Positions 50,180 through 62,934 of a DNA stretch of 64,000 nucleotides are shown piece after piece. Source of the DNA: Octopus sinensis (taxonomy: Eukaryota); contig NC_043011.1 of assembly GCF_006345805.1 (NCBI RefSeq), positions 8,060,001 through 8,124,000 on the forward strand. The letters are read 5' to 3'. Position 1 is the stretch's first letter, and every line of letters starts with the position of its first letter. Under the pieces are notes generated by a model, which saw only the letters and a list, made by a program, of their open reading frames with translations, was not told where the DNA came from and searched no databases. The translations under genes were made by a program, and so were the position numbers.

Positions 50180-50815
50180 TATGAAAGTGGAGGTACATGG
50201 CCTGGTGGTTAGAGCGGCTGACTCGCGGTTGAGGGATCGCGGGTTCGAATCTCAGACCAGGCAATGTGTGTATTTATGAGCGAAACACCTAAGCTCCACT
50301 CAGCTCCGGCAGAAGATAATGGCGAACTTCTGCTGACTTTTTTGCCGCAACTTTCTCTCACTCTTTTCTCCTGCATCTAGTAGCTCACCTGGAAACCGGT
50401 CCTTATGAGCCAGGCATAGCTTGCAAAGGAACAAACATACATGAAAACGCGTGAGACATTCAGCTCGGAGATTCGGGGTTAGCTGCAGTTGCGAAAGCTA
50501 CGTTGTTATTCTCATTCCGTAAGCGGTGGCTTTTAACGGGTGGAGAGCTGAACTATCCTGGGTCTTAAAGTTTACCACACCATAGTGGGTTACACCATGG
50601 TTCCCCTGCTTTGTGGCAGATGTAGGAAGAAAGAGTGAGAGAAAGTTGTGGTGAAAGTGTACAGCGGGTCTCACCACCACTCCTCGCCGGAACCTCGTGG
50701 AGCTTATGTGTTTTTGCTCAATAAACACTCACAATGCCCGGTCTGGGAATCGAAACCGTGTTCTCACGACCGCGAGTCCGCTGCTCTAATCACTGGGCTA
50801 TTGCGCCTCCACTAG
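50180..50815. mobile_element. Inverted pair of a further tRNA-headed SINE family (+ at 50180, - ending 50815; third copy at about 53430-53595)
   Basis: Heads TGGCCTGGTGGTTAGAGCGG..GGTTCGAATC and TAGCCCAGTGATTAGAGCAG..GTTTCGATTC. Confidence 0.7.
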
Positions 50816-51309
50816 CTGTTGTTGCTGTCAGTGTTGTTATTGTTAATATGGTTGATGCTGTGTTCCTTGTTGTTGTTGATGTTGTTGACAATAATGATGA
50901 TGATGATGATGACGACGATCATGACGACGACGACGACGACAACGACGATGACGACGACGACGACGACGATGATGATGAGGAAGCGGTGGTGGAGGAGGAG
51001 GATGACGACAGCGACGAGGGCGGCGGCGACGACAACGATGATGATGATGATGATGATGACCGAGGGTCAACGAAAGGCAATTTAAGTGGTCATCTGGCTT
51101 ACTAGAAATATCACCCAAAACTTCTCTCCAGCCATATTTAACAGGAACGAAAGATACATTGGAACTTGTAGTCCTAGAAAAGAAATGAGCGGTATTTAGA
51201 TGGGACAGCCACGGCTGGAAATCATCATTTTTATTCACAACATACTTTTTTAAAGACAACGTAGGAGGTAGAGGAAAAGCAGGGGTGTGGGAGTGTAGGA
51301 GGTGTGATA

Positions 51310-51730
51310 TTTATTTCTTTACTACCCACAAGGGGCTAAACACAGAGGGGACAAACATGGACAGACATAGGTATTAAGTCGATTATATCGACCCCAGTGC
51401 GTAACTGGTACTTAATCTATCGACCCCGGAAGGTTGAAAAGCAAAGTCGACCTCGGCGGAATTTGAACTTAGAACATAAAGATAGACGAAATACCTATTT
51501 CTTTACTACCCACAAGGGGCTAAACATAGAGGGGACAAACATGGACAGACATAGGTATTAAGTCGATTATATCGACCCCAGTGCGTAACTGGTACTTAAT
51601 TTATCGACCCCGAAAGGATGAAAGGCAAAGTCGACCTCGGTGGAATTTGAACTCACAACGTAACGGCAGACGAAATACCGCTAAGCATTTCGTCCGGCGT
51701 TGCTAACGTTTCTGCCAGCTCGCCGCCTTT
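51310..51730 (-). mobile_element. SINE family 2 with an internal 184-bp duplication
   Basis: GACGAAATAC at 51485 and 51669. Confidence 0.85.
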
Positions 51731-52363
51731 AGGAGGCGTGATATTGGTTGTCTAGAAGGTACAGTGGTAGTAAAGTAAGTGGTGTGGGTAGGAGGTATAA
51801 TGATAGTAGAGTAGGAAGTTCAATGGGAAGTGGGGGTAGAGTAGGCGGTTGGGTGGGAGGTACAGGGGTAATAGAATGGGAGGTGATGTAGTGTTAGAGT
51901 AGGAGGGACAGTAGAAAGTAAAGTATACAGTAGTTGTAACGTAGGAAGTGGAGTAGGAGCTAGAGTAGTAGTGAGAGCAGAAGCTAGAGTAAGGGGTGGC
52001 GTAATAGGTAAAGAGCTGAAGTAAGAGGTAGATTGTTAGACAAAGTAGGAGGTAGGATGTACTATGAACGGCCGTGAGTCTTAATAATGAGATATCTTTC
52101 TTTCTTCCACGGTTTTATTCTCAGCCGAAGTCAGAGCTGGGTTTTTGCTCCATTGTCAACTTCGTGCCGCTTCAATGAAGAGAAACCCCGCATATTAGCT
52201 TACATTCATGAAAGATATGGCCAAGTAGGAGTTAGCGTTTCAGGTAGAATTACTTTCAGCGAAAGCTATAAACCATCGCCTCGCCAATATTCGCTTTATT
52301 TTTTTTAATTATCTTTTTATATTTTGTGGCACAATTTAGAGCTAATGAAAATATTTTGGAGCA

Positions 52364-52431
<68 letters not shown>

Positions 52432-52452
52432 TAGTTTTATTTTTATAGCGTA

Positions 52453-52514
<62 letters not shown>

Positions 52515-52559
52515 ATTATCATTATTATTATTATTCAGTAGTTTTATTTTTATAGCGTA

Positions 52560-52590
<31 letters not shown>

Positions 52591-52689
52591 GTTATTATTA
52601 TTTTATTATTGTTATTATTTTATTATTATTATTATTATTATTATTGTTATTAGTATTATTATTATTATTATTATATTATATTATTATTA

Positions 52690-53430
52690 TTCAGTAGTTT
52701 TATTTTTATAGCGTGCTTTCACTTCACTACCGAGCGCAGCTCTGTGTGCCTTGGGTATGTGCTGTGATTTGTTGTGATGCTCTGATGGTTATTGTATGGA
52801 AAGTGTTCTGCGTAGGATGTGTGCAGTGCCTAGTAGTGCAGTTTTCTGTGTGATATGTGTTTGTAAGTCCTGGTGTTTTTGTTATGTATTTGTTTGAGTA
52901 TTTTTTTATCATGCCTAATGCGCCTACTATGATAGGAATTGTTTCTATTTTTAGATTCCACATTCTGGTTACCTCTATTTCCAGGTCTTTGTATTTTGAG
53001 AGTTTTTCCATTTCTTTTAGAGACACGTTGTCATCTGCCGGTATTGATACATCAATTAGAAAGCATTTTTTTCTTCATGATCTCTGACAACTATATCTGG
53101 TCTGTTAGCCTTAATTTCTCTATCTGTGTGTATCGGCATATCCCAGAGTATGGTTGCTTTCTCGTTTTCTGTGACCTTTTGTGGTGTGTGCCTATACCAT
53201 CTTTTTTCTGTTGTTATTCTAATGTTCATAGCTTCCAGTGTATGTAGGTTCACTCTGTCATGTCTGTGAATATATTCCTTCTTAGCCAGGACTGGGCAGC
53301 CAGAGATAATATGATTTATTGTTTCTTGTCCAACCCCACATATTCTGCAGTTACTTGTTATATTTCTTTTCATTACACATTTTTGGTAATTTCTGGTGGG
53401 GAGGCTTTGGTCTTGTGCTGCAATTAAAAA
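52690..53430 (-). mobile_element. R4/Dong-like LINE C-terminal part (CCHC + restriction-like endonuclease) with (TAA)n tail
   Basis: GFLIAAQDQ, TRNYQK, CRICG..HIISGC, RHDRV, NRPDIVV, IDVSIP, KYKDL, IPIIVGALG. Confidence 0.85.
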
Positions 53431-54869
53431 TCCTGGGGAAAGAGTACAGCAGGGTTCGCACCACCCTCTGCCGGAGCTTCGTGGAGCTTTAGGTGTTTTC
53501 GCTCAATAATCACTCACAAGATCCGGTCTGGGAATCGAAACCGCGATCCTACGACCGCGAGTCCGTTGCCCTAACCACTGAACCATTGCGCCTCCACATT
53601 TATAAAGGCATTACAGTAATGATCCATAGAATATTGTTTTTGTTCTTTTTCTTTTAGATGGATTTTAAATTCAGCAAACGAGACAAATGTTGGGCAGTGT
53701 TTAGTATCACGATGATACCAGTAATAGACGGCTGGCTAATTGCAACCTAGCGATTGCTCAATCACTGTTTTTGTATACCAGTAACAGTAGATTTTGTCTT
53801 TGAATGCGGTTACCAGTGAATAAATGCTACTGACAAAGTTCAACAATGCAGAAATGTGCATGTACCACTCTCCCTGTCGCCGATGGACAATTTTCGCCTA
53901 CTACTTATATATTATTAGTATTATCCTGCGTTTGAGAATTTAAAATCACTTCTTTAACTTTCTAAGACATCTCAACACTTCTAAAGCAAACTTCGTCTGT
54001 TTGTTTACGTTCATCGTAATTTGTATTTAATATATATTTGTGATTTTAAATGCAGTACACCCATAAGGGATATCATCGCCGAACGAATACTGCTGTTAAT
54101 CTGGCTTATCGCGATCTATTTGCATTAAGTGTGTTATATAGATAGCTACATTCTCCTTCCGGTTCTTTACGTTCTGAATGCAAATCCTACGGAGATCACT
54201 TTTGCCTTCCATCCCATCAAAGTACCAGTGAAATACTGGGATTGATAGCAGCGCCTAACATCCTCACCTAAAAAAGTTTTGACCTGGTACCTAAAATAAG
54301 GATTATTATTAAGATGGTGGATTTGCTGAAGGGATAAAGGGAGGAATAATTTATACATTGTATGTCTGAGTCTTGACATCCTGAGTCCAAATCCCGCCAA
54401 GGTTAACTTCGCTTTTCATACTTCCGGGATCGATAGAATAAAGCATCAGCTACGTAGTGATACCATTCATCCAACTGTAACCTTATCTGGTATCCAATTT
54501 AAAATCATTTATTAATTACTGAGAAATAAAGCTTAGGAATCGAGTTGAATATAAAATGGTCAAATTCGATTTTAAGGAGATTTGACTGCTATTTCTACCA
54601 GGTCGAGCAGGTATGTAGATTCTTTCTACTTGATATTGTGTGTTTCATTCTTTACAAGCCGATCAACATCATAAACACGTCAAACGCCACATGACATCAA
54701 AGGCGCTGAACCGAAGAAAAGTTTGTGGTTTGCTTGCTCAGGTAAAACATTTAAACATCAATTCGGAAATTTATGCAAGGTTACCCGCTTCCATCACGTA
54801 TCAGTTGATTTCGTTAATCCTCACCACCTAACCGGTTTAGTACCCGCCTTCACCTCACACCTCTGTCTG

Positions 54870-54946
<77 letters not shown>

Positions 54947-55768
54947 GAAATGACCTGATATGGGAATCTTGAAGTAAAGATTAACGGGGAGATCATTCAA
55001 ACATAAAACGAATCAATACAATAATACGGAGAGAGTAAAACTATACTTTTTATTAATCCAGTTGAATTATTCAGTTTAGATGTGCTAAAATAAAATTCCA
55101 AAATTTAATGGTGTTACAGTTACACCCTTGGTGTTACAGTTACCACAAAGATAAACATAAATTATCTGATATTACGTTAGATCGAGAGGCGGGTGGATAT
55201 CAACTTTAGACAAATCCCCAAAAATAACGAAAGTACATAAAGATTTTTGCTATTTTCCAAATGCATAACAAAATTTACTTCAACATTTAATTTGTCAAAA
55301 TATTTTCGTCGCTTTAAGAACGCGACCTGTTCACTGACAAAAATCCGTGCTGCTAAATGGCTTACAAACACCTTCCACACTGCAATTGTTTTCGTTTCAG
55401 CACACGATCTCAGATCAAATCACTTGCTATGCGAGTACATCTCCGTAATAACAAAATTTAGTTATACAAGAAAAGACTGTCAACTATATCTTCAGTTATA
55501 GAAAACCGATAATCTGTTTATACCAATAAAATCATAAACGCAGATTTTCAGGAAAAAAATATTAGAAGCAAAGCTAGAAGACATAACGCCACAAGGTTTA
55601 ATCCACTCTATAGTAAACATGGCAAACCAACCAAATCAAGAAATAGCTTAGCCTTGATAATAAAAGAGAATACTAATAAGCATGGATAGAAGGTATTTAC
55701 TGAGAACATTTGACTATACACTACATCATGTATTGAGTACTTTTTCTCTCAGTTATTACAAACAGCTC

Positions 55769-55832
<64 letters not shown>

Positions 55833-55838
55833 ATATCT

Positions 55839-57465
55839 CAGTGGGCTTGCGGCTCGGCACCTGGAGAAGCAATCCCATGCCGTCCACCAGCACCTCCGTC
55901 GTGGGACGCTGGACGGACGGCCCGGTTGAGTTGCTCGGGGTCTGGTTCGGTCCGGACCTCCAAATGGAGGAGAACTGGAACGAGATAACGAGTAGGGTGG
56001 TCACTCTCGCCCGGCAATGGGCCGAGAGGAAACTATCCCTAAAAGGTCGGGCGGAGGTGGCGAACACGTACATCGCGTCCATCATCTACTACCGCCTGAC
56101 CGTCGTACCTTGTCCCGACCCTACCATCACCAAACTAGAACGCATTCTCTTCCGCTTCCTGTGGAAAGGATGCGTCCCGATGGTCAGGCGATCCATTTGC
56201 AGGTCAACACCCGTTAAAAGGAGGGCTGGGCATGCCGTGGTTGATGATGCACAGACACGCCTGAGATTGCGACATCTCAGGCTCTTTGTAGACGACGGTG
56301 AACAGGTGTGGTCACCGTTTGTGAGGCACGCTTTCCCGCAGCTCGTCTCCATGACAGAACTGCAGTCGTGTATCAAAAAGAGGCCGAGGAAGGACGAATG
56401 GCACCGCGAGTGTCGCGTTGCTCTCAAGCAACTATGCCGTCCTGGGTCGACCTTGAGTGACTTCAACACAACCAAAGCATTCTATAGGGGATTAGTGGAG
56501 GGGAGGTACGACGACGACCTTGGGGCAAACCCGGGCGTCGACGAGGAATACCTGACCTGCCTGTTTAAGACGACTTTCAGGTTGTGACCTATGGACAACT
56601 TCCAGAGATCCCTGGCCTGGCAGTGCTACCGAGAAGCGCTATCCGTTCGGGATAAGCTCTATAGGCATGGCACGAGAAACACGGGGCCGACCTGTCCGAG
56701 ATGCGGGCAGAGCGACGAAACCGTTCTGCACGCACTCGTGCAGTGTCCAACAATCTCCGACCTGTGGGCTTATGTCGAACGACTGCTGTCACGTGTGGGA
56801 CGTGTCGGTTTATCAGCCGAGTCTATCGTTAATATCGTCACGCCTCCTTCCTTCAAACGGGAAGGAAGAGCTATTTTTATCATACTTGTGGCTATGGCGA
56901 AAGAATGTATCTGGTGGACGCGCCTGAAAGGATTAGAGACAAACACTTTCCTCTCTGGTCAATCTCTCATCAACTTTTTCAAGTATCACTTGAAGAGGAA
57001 AGTGAAAGTAGAGAGGCAAGTTTTGTCTAGTGAATGTTTTTAAAAAAGATGGGTGAATGTAGCAAGGATGGCACGTATGAATGACGAACCCACCTTGACT
57101 ATGATCCTATGAACCGTAAAAATTAATAGAGAGTTGCTTATTTGTAAAAAAAATATAACATGTGACTTCATTGACCGAGGTTACCGTGGTCTTTTCCGTA
57201 GGCTTTTCTTTCCACGGGTAAACCTCACCTGCCCTCCCCTTTACACTTTATATTGACGTTTCTGTGATAACGATCCCTATTGATCGATTTTTTTCTTTTC
57301 CCTTTTATTTTTATCCCCCCCCCTTTTTTTGCTTTCCTCTTTCTTTCCTTTTACGATCCCTTTTGATCGAAAACCAAACCCCCTTTTTTTACCCCCCCAA
57401 AAAAAGCTCTACCTTGTAATTTGTCCTGTCTGTGTGCAGCCCTATGTGGCTAATAAAGAAACATA
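55839..57465 (+). mobile_element. Tx1-clade LINE, 5'-truncated, flanked by (ATCT)n
   Basis: VGLRLGTW, LLGVWFG, LSLKGRAEVANTYI, CPRCGQSDETVLHAL (CCHC). Ends CTAATAAAGAAACATATCT. Confidence 0.92.
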
Positions 57466-57860
57466 TCTATCTATCTATCTATCTATCTATAAATGGATCA
57501 AAGTTCCTTCCCGAGTTACAGGTTCACAAGACCGGTTTTTCCAGGATTCTGTGGCACATATATTCCGCTCTCTCCACCACCACGACCACAACCACGACCA
57601 CGACCACCACGACCACCAAGACCACCACCACGACCACCACCACCACGACGACCACCACCACTACTGAACGGGGAGCCGTTCGTCGCCGGATTATTCAGTT
57701 TTACTCACTGAGTGGACTGGAGTGACGGCAAATGAAGTGTTTTACGTTACAATGCATTGCTTGGCCCAGAAAACGAAACCACAACCTTACGATCATGAAT
57801 CCACCACCGTAACCAATAAGCCATATGCCCCCCACGCACACTCACACACATATCCACACA

Positions 57861-57937
<77 letters not shown>

Positions 57938-58167
57938 TCTTTTATTCTTTTACTTGTTTCAGTCAATTGAGTGCGGCCATGCTGGAGCACTGCCTTTACT
58001 CGAAAAATCGATCCCGGGACTTATTCTTTGATTGCCTAGTACTTATTCAATCGGTATCTTTTTTTGCCGAACTGCTAGTTTACGAGGGCGTGAACACACC
58101 AACATCGGTTGTCAAGCGATGGTGGAGGAGGACAAACTCAGACACAAAGACAAAATCATATATATTA

Positions 58168-58240
<73 letters not shown>

Positions 58241-58241
58241 T

Positions 58242-58300
<59 letters not shown>

Positions 58301-58581
58301 ATATATATCTATATTAATATATACATATATTATATATATACATATAATATATATATATGTATATATATATATTTTAATATATGTATACATACATATATAT
58401 ACATATAAATATGCGCGTGTAACGTGATGCCTTCGAGCGGAACGAAATGTATTTTATTCAGCTTATTGTTTATATAAAGCATTTATATACACACATACAT
58501 ACATGGATGTATATATATATGTACATATATGTATGCGCATATATATATATTTAAATATATATATATATTTGAATATGTATA

Positions 58582-58631
<50 letters not shown>

Positions 58632-58989
58632 CCTACATATATATATACACACAAGCGCACAAACATAGACACACAAATATTTAAAATATGCGTCTTAACT
58701 GTGTGTGTGGTTTGCATAACTGTATTTCATTCTGTTTATAATTCAACTGTTTAGTCATTTTTAATCCACAATTCTGACAAGCTTTTTCTCGAACAATCCA
58801 TCAGTCTGTGTGCAGCCATTAGACCATGGCAAATGAAAGAGAAAAGGGAACTTGTTAGGAATAAATCAAAACTGAAGTGCTTCTCATGTCAATTGATGTC
58901 GCCATGTTTATTTGCGAAACGACGCCCATTCATACATACATACATACATACATACAAACATGCATGCATACATACATATATATACATAA

Positions 58990-59020
<31 letters not shown>

Positions 59021-59028
59021 TATATATA

Positions 59029-59067
<39 letters not shown>

Positions 59068-59247
59068 ATATATATATACATACATACATACATAGATGTA
59101 TATACATACATACATATGTACATATGTATATATATAACATACATGCATATATATATATATATATATTATATATACATACATACATATACATTTACAAAGA
59201 CACACACTCACACATATATATGTGTGTGAGGTGCCTGTGTGTCTGTA

Positions 59248-59301
<54 letters not shown>

Positions 59302-59897
59302 TTTTTTTACTTGTTTCGCTTATCAAACTGCGGCCCTGCTGGTGCACTGCTATGAAGACTCCTTTTAGTCGAACGAATCGACTCCAGTACTTTTTTAAAA
59401 ACCAGGTACTTATTCAATCGATATCTTTTGCCACACTGTTAAGTTACGTGGACGTAAACACACAAACACCGGTTGTGGGGAACAAGCATAGACCCAAAGA
59501 CACACACACACACACACACCTAAACGACGGCTTTCCTTCAATTTCCGTCTATCAATTCCTCTCACAAGGCTTTGGTTGGCCCAGGTATGGCTTTAAGCGG
59601 CATCCAGTAACGGGGCTCAGGTTGGGGAGTTCCAGTATGTTGAATAATGTGGAACCACCTTTTAGGTACTGTGGTTCCCAGATCTAACCTGACCCAGGCC
59701 TGTGGCTGAGTTTGATCTCATTTCATCAACGGCTGATATCACACCAGCTTCTTCTATCTTGATGCTATTAATAATTGCCATTTCACAGTGTGGAGCTGTG
59801 GCTCCTGAGAACTCATCCAGTATAGCTACATGCAAGTGTCTCAGTGGAGTACCGAAAACACTGTTGTATTTCCCATTCATGTATATGTGTATGTATA

Positions 59898-60230
59898 TAG
59901 GGGACAACATTTCACAGTGAAAAGCAGCTTCACATGTGCTTCGGAGAACCCGATATACGCACTAACCTGCTCTGGGTGTCAAACAAAGAAACTACGTCAA
60001 AGGATGGCTCGGTACAGATCCCAGATCAAAATTTTAAAAAAAACCCCAGAAAAATAACATTCAACCAACGCATTGATATTTCCGCCATTAAAAAAAATCG
60101 AAGCTTCAGAATTTCCCCCCTCTATCAATTCAGGGACGATACATCTTGTAACCAACGAATTAGTAAAGGGTTTCTCTTTATTTATAAAATACAGACCCCT
60201 TTTGAACGCATCTACAACAAATGACATATC
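59898..60230 (+). mobile_element. Penelope-like element GIY-YIG endonuclease remnant
   Basis: FTVKSSFTCASENPIYALTCSGCQ-TKKLRQRMARYRSQI (YIG half apparently deleted), then FRISPLYQ..FLFIYK. Confidence 0.72.
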
Positions 60231-60411
60231 CACCACGACCTTAGAATAACACACACGCAAATATTAAAAATGATACATTGAAAAGAGATACCCAAGAATT
60301 CATTAAAAACAGTCTCAAATCCATCACGAGTCACTTTTAGGTCATTTGACCATTTAAACCCTACAACTATCATACCACTTACATTCCTTTCTTATTCTCC
60401 TTTCCAAACGC

Positions 60412-60730
60412 ATGGATGGGAACTGCTGCCACACCCGCCGTACTCTCCTGATTTGGCACCAACGGATTTCCACCTCATTCCATCTCTTTCAAATGCTATG
60501 CGCGGAGTTTTGTTGAATACTGATGCAGAATTGAGAGCTTGGTTGGATCAATTTTTCGAGTCGAAATCGGGTAATTTCTACCAACGAGGTATTGAAAATC
60601 TTGTTGAATGTTGGAAAAAAGTTGTAAACAACAAGGGTGAATACATTATTGATTAATTAGTTGTTATTTTTTATTAAAACTTAAAAAAATTTAAATTAGA
60701 AAACAAAACGGCGGGAACTTAGTTACCAAC

Positions 60731-60735
<5 letters not shown>
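60412..60735 (+). mobile_element. mariner-family transposase 3' relic with right TIR
   Basis: GWELLPHPPYSPDLAPTDFHL..FYQRGIENL..W..V..KGEY*. Ends TTACCAACCCAATA-TA. Confidence 0.9.
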
Positions 60736-60778
<43 letters not shown>

Positions 60779-60821
60779 GTTGGTAACTAAGTTCCCGCCG
60801 TTTTGTTTTCTAATTTAAATT

Positions 60822-60822
<1 letters not shown>
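60687..60822. repeat. Perfect 49-bp inverted duplication of the mariner right end around (TA)n
   Basis: 60687-60735 is the exact reverse complement of about 60774-60822. Confidence 0.9.
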
Positions 60823-60852
<30 letters not shown>

Positions 60853-60971
60853 TATATAATATATATATAATATATATAATATCGAAGATAATAAAGAAAG
60901 CTGGAAATAACTTGAAGGAGATAGAGTAGTTTCTTTTTATAACAACGACATCATAAATATACACACGTATA

Positions 60972-61004
<33 letters not shown>

Positions 61005-61604
61005 GATATACACACATATATATCTATACATGTATATACATACATGTATACATATTTATGTGTGTGTGCGCGTGTAAATAAATGTATATATACACATATA
61101 TATATATGTCTGAATATGTGTGTGTGATGGATGGATGGAGAGTGTTCATGCATAGGATCACACCTCATTCGTAGACAGCGTATGTACCACTGGGTCCATA
61201 AAACGTGTCATAAAAATCATATGAGACACACATAGTTATATACAAAACACATTCGCACAAACATCCACGCAGACGAACTGACGGAGACATACACATTTCT
61301 ATACACGCACACACACACACACACAAACATATATATAAATATACACATACATATACCTACATTTATATATATATATATATATGAACATACATATACATAT
61401 ATATGTTATAATTCATATGTATATATATATATATTATATATATATATTATATATATATATATATATATAATATATATCTATCATATGTATATATATGCAT
61501 ATATGTGTATATATATATTTATGTATAATAAAACACACCTATATATATATATACTATGTATACATATTATATATATATACATACATACTTACACATATAT
61601 ATAT

Positions 61605-61658
<54 letters not shown>

Positions 61659-61867
61659 GATATGTATATATACATGCACACATTCATGAACACCTCTACC
61701 TAGACAGGCAGAGTATATATATATATATTTCCCAGAAATATGTGGGTTTTGTATGTGTGCAGTTAATTGAAACAATTTATCGTAGTTTTGCCTCGCTGGT
61801 TACTAATTAGACGGGCCACCGGCATCCTCTTCAGCATTCAAGAACCTTACTCACATACACACACACA

Positions 61868-61900
<33 letters not shown>

Positions 61901-62284
61901 CACACATATTAACAGTCATTCATTTGCTGCCGAACAGATTTATTTCGATTTTGACGTTGAATATTTCTATTTTCTGTTCTATCTCTAGAAATGGAACACT
62001 GTATTTGACCCACCCCTATCCAAATTGAACTCTGTATTTGACCCACCCCTATCCAAATGACGAACAAAGCTATGTGCTTTGTAGCCGGTCGTAGCAAGCT
62101 TTCCACTTTCGGGATATTGTAAAATGTAGATGGGCGAGAAAATATAATTCCGAAATAATTAAATATATATTGTGAAAGAAAACGTAAAATAGATATTTAA
62201 ATAAATATACAAATAACAGGTTAACATGACTTACTCCCGCCAAAACACATAGACAAGAATATATATATACTTAGATTATATGAC

Positions 62285-62808
62285 GTTAGTTAGTTAATTA
62301 GTTAATTATTTGGCTCGAAAAGCAAAATGCAAGGCCATGTAGGGGGACATGGAATTATGTACAGGATGGTGTTCATGTAAAGAGTTCAGGCCACTTGTGG
62401 TCAAGGGAGACTTTGAACCGAGCGGTCGTCGGCATCTTGACTATCTCGTCCGGCAGCTTATTCCACGGATCCGCAACCCGGACGGAGAAAGCCCCTCTCC
62501 TTCGATTGAGATAAAATCGTCGCTGATAGAGCTTTTCGGAGTAACCCCGAAGCCGACGCTCTGGAGCAGGAGTGAAGAACAGCTCTTTCGAGAAGTTACA
62601 CTTTCCGCTTATGATGTTGTGAGCAAGAATGAGATCACCACGGCATCGTCGTTTTTCTAGAGAATAAAGGTCGAGCGTCTTCAGCCTTTCTTCATAAGAG
62701 AAATGGTTGAGACCAAGAACCATGCGGGTAGCCAGCTTCTGGACTCTTTCGAGATGCTGTATGTCTTTGAGGAGATAAGGAGAAGAGGCTTGAATCCCGT
62801 ACCCCATA
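62285..62808 (-). mobile_element. CR1-clade LINE 3' fragment (same family)
   Basis: HLERVQKLATRMV..LYSLEKRRCRGDLI..WNKLP. Same 3' end as the 38-kb copy. Confidence 0.9.
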
Positions 62809-62934
62809 GGCCATTCCTGCGCCTGTATACATATATAGATAGTTGAAATTTACAGAAATTTTGCAGAAAAACAAAAGACAGGTGTATAAACAACAAACAG
62901 GTGTATTAGTTTAACGCTCGGAAAGGTGAGAAGG

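Noticed and set aside
7229-57830. tRNA genes at SINE heads (about 7229, 16437, 50188, 50815, 57830)
   Set aside because: Only A/B-box-like parts are recognisable, acceptor stems are not complementary, and each continues into a repeat body.
25596-62000. Numerous poly-[15 protein letters not shown] and LSIY ORFs
   Set aside because: These are translations of microsatellites.
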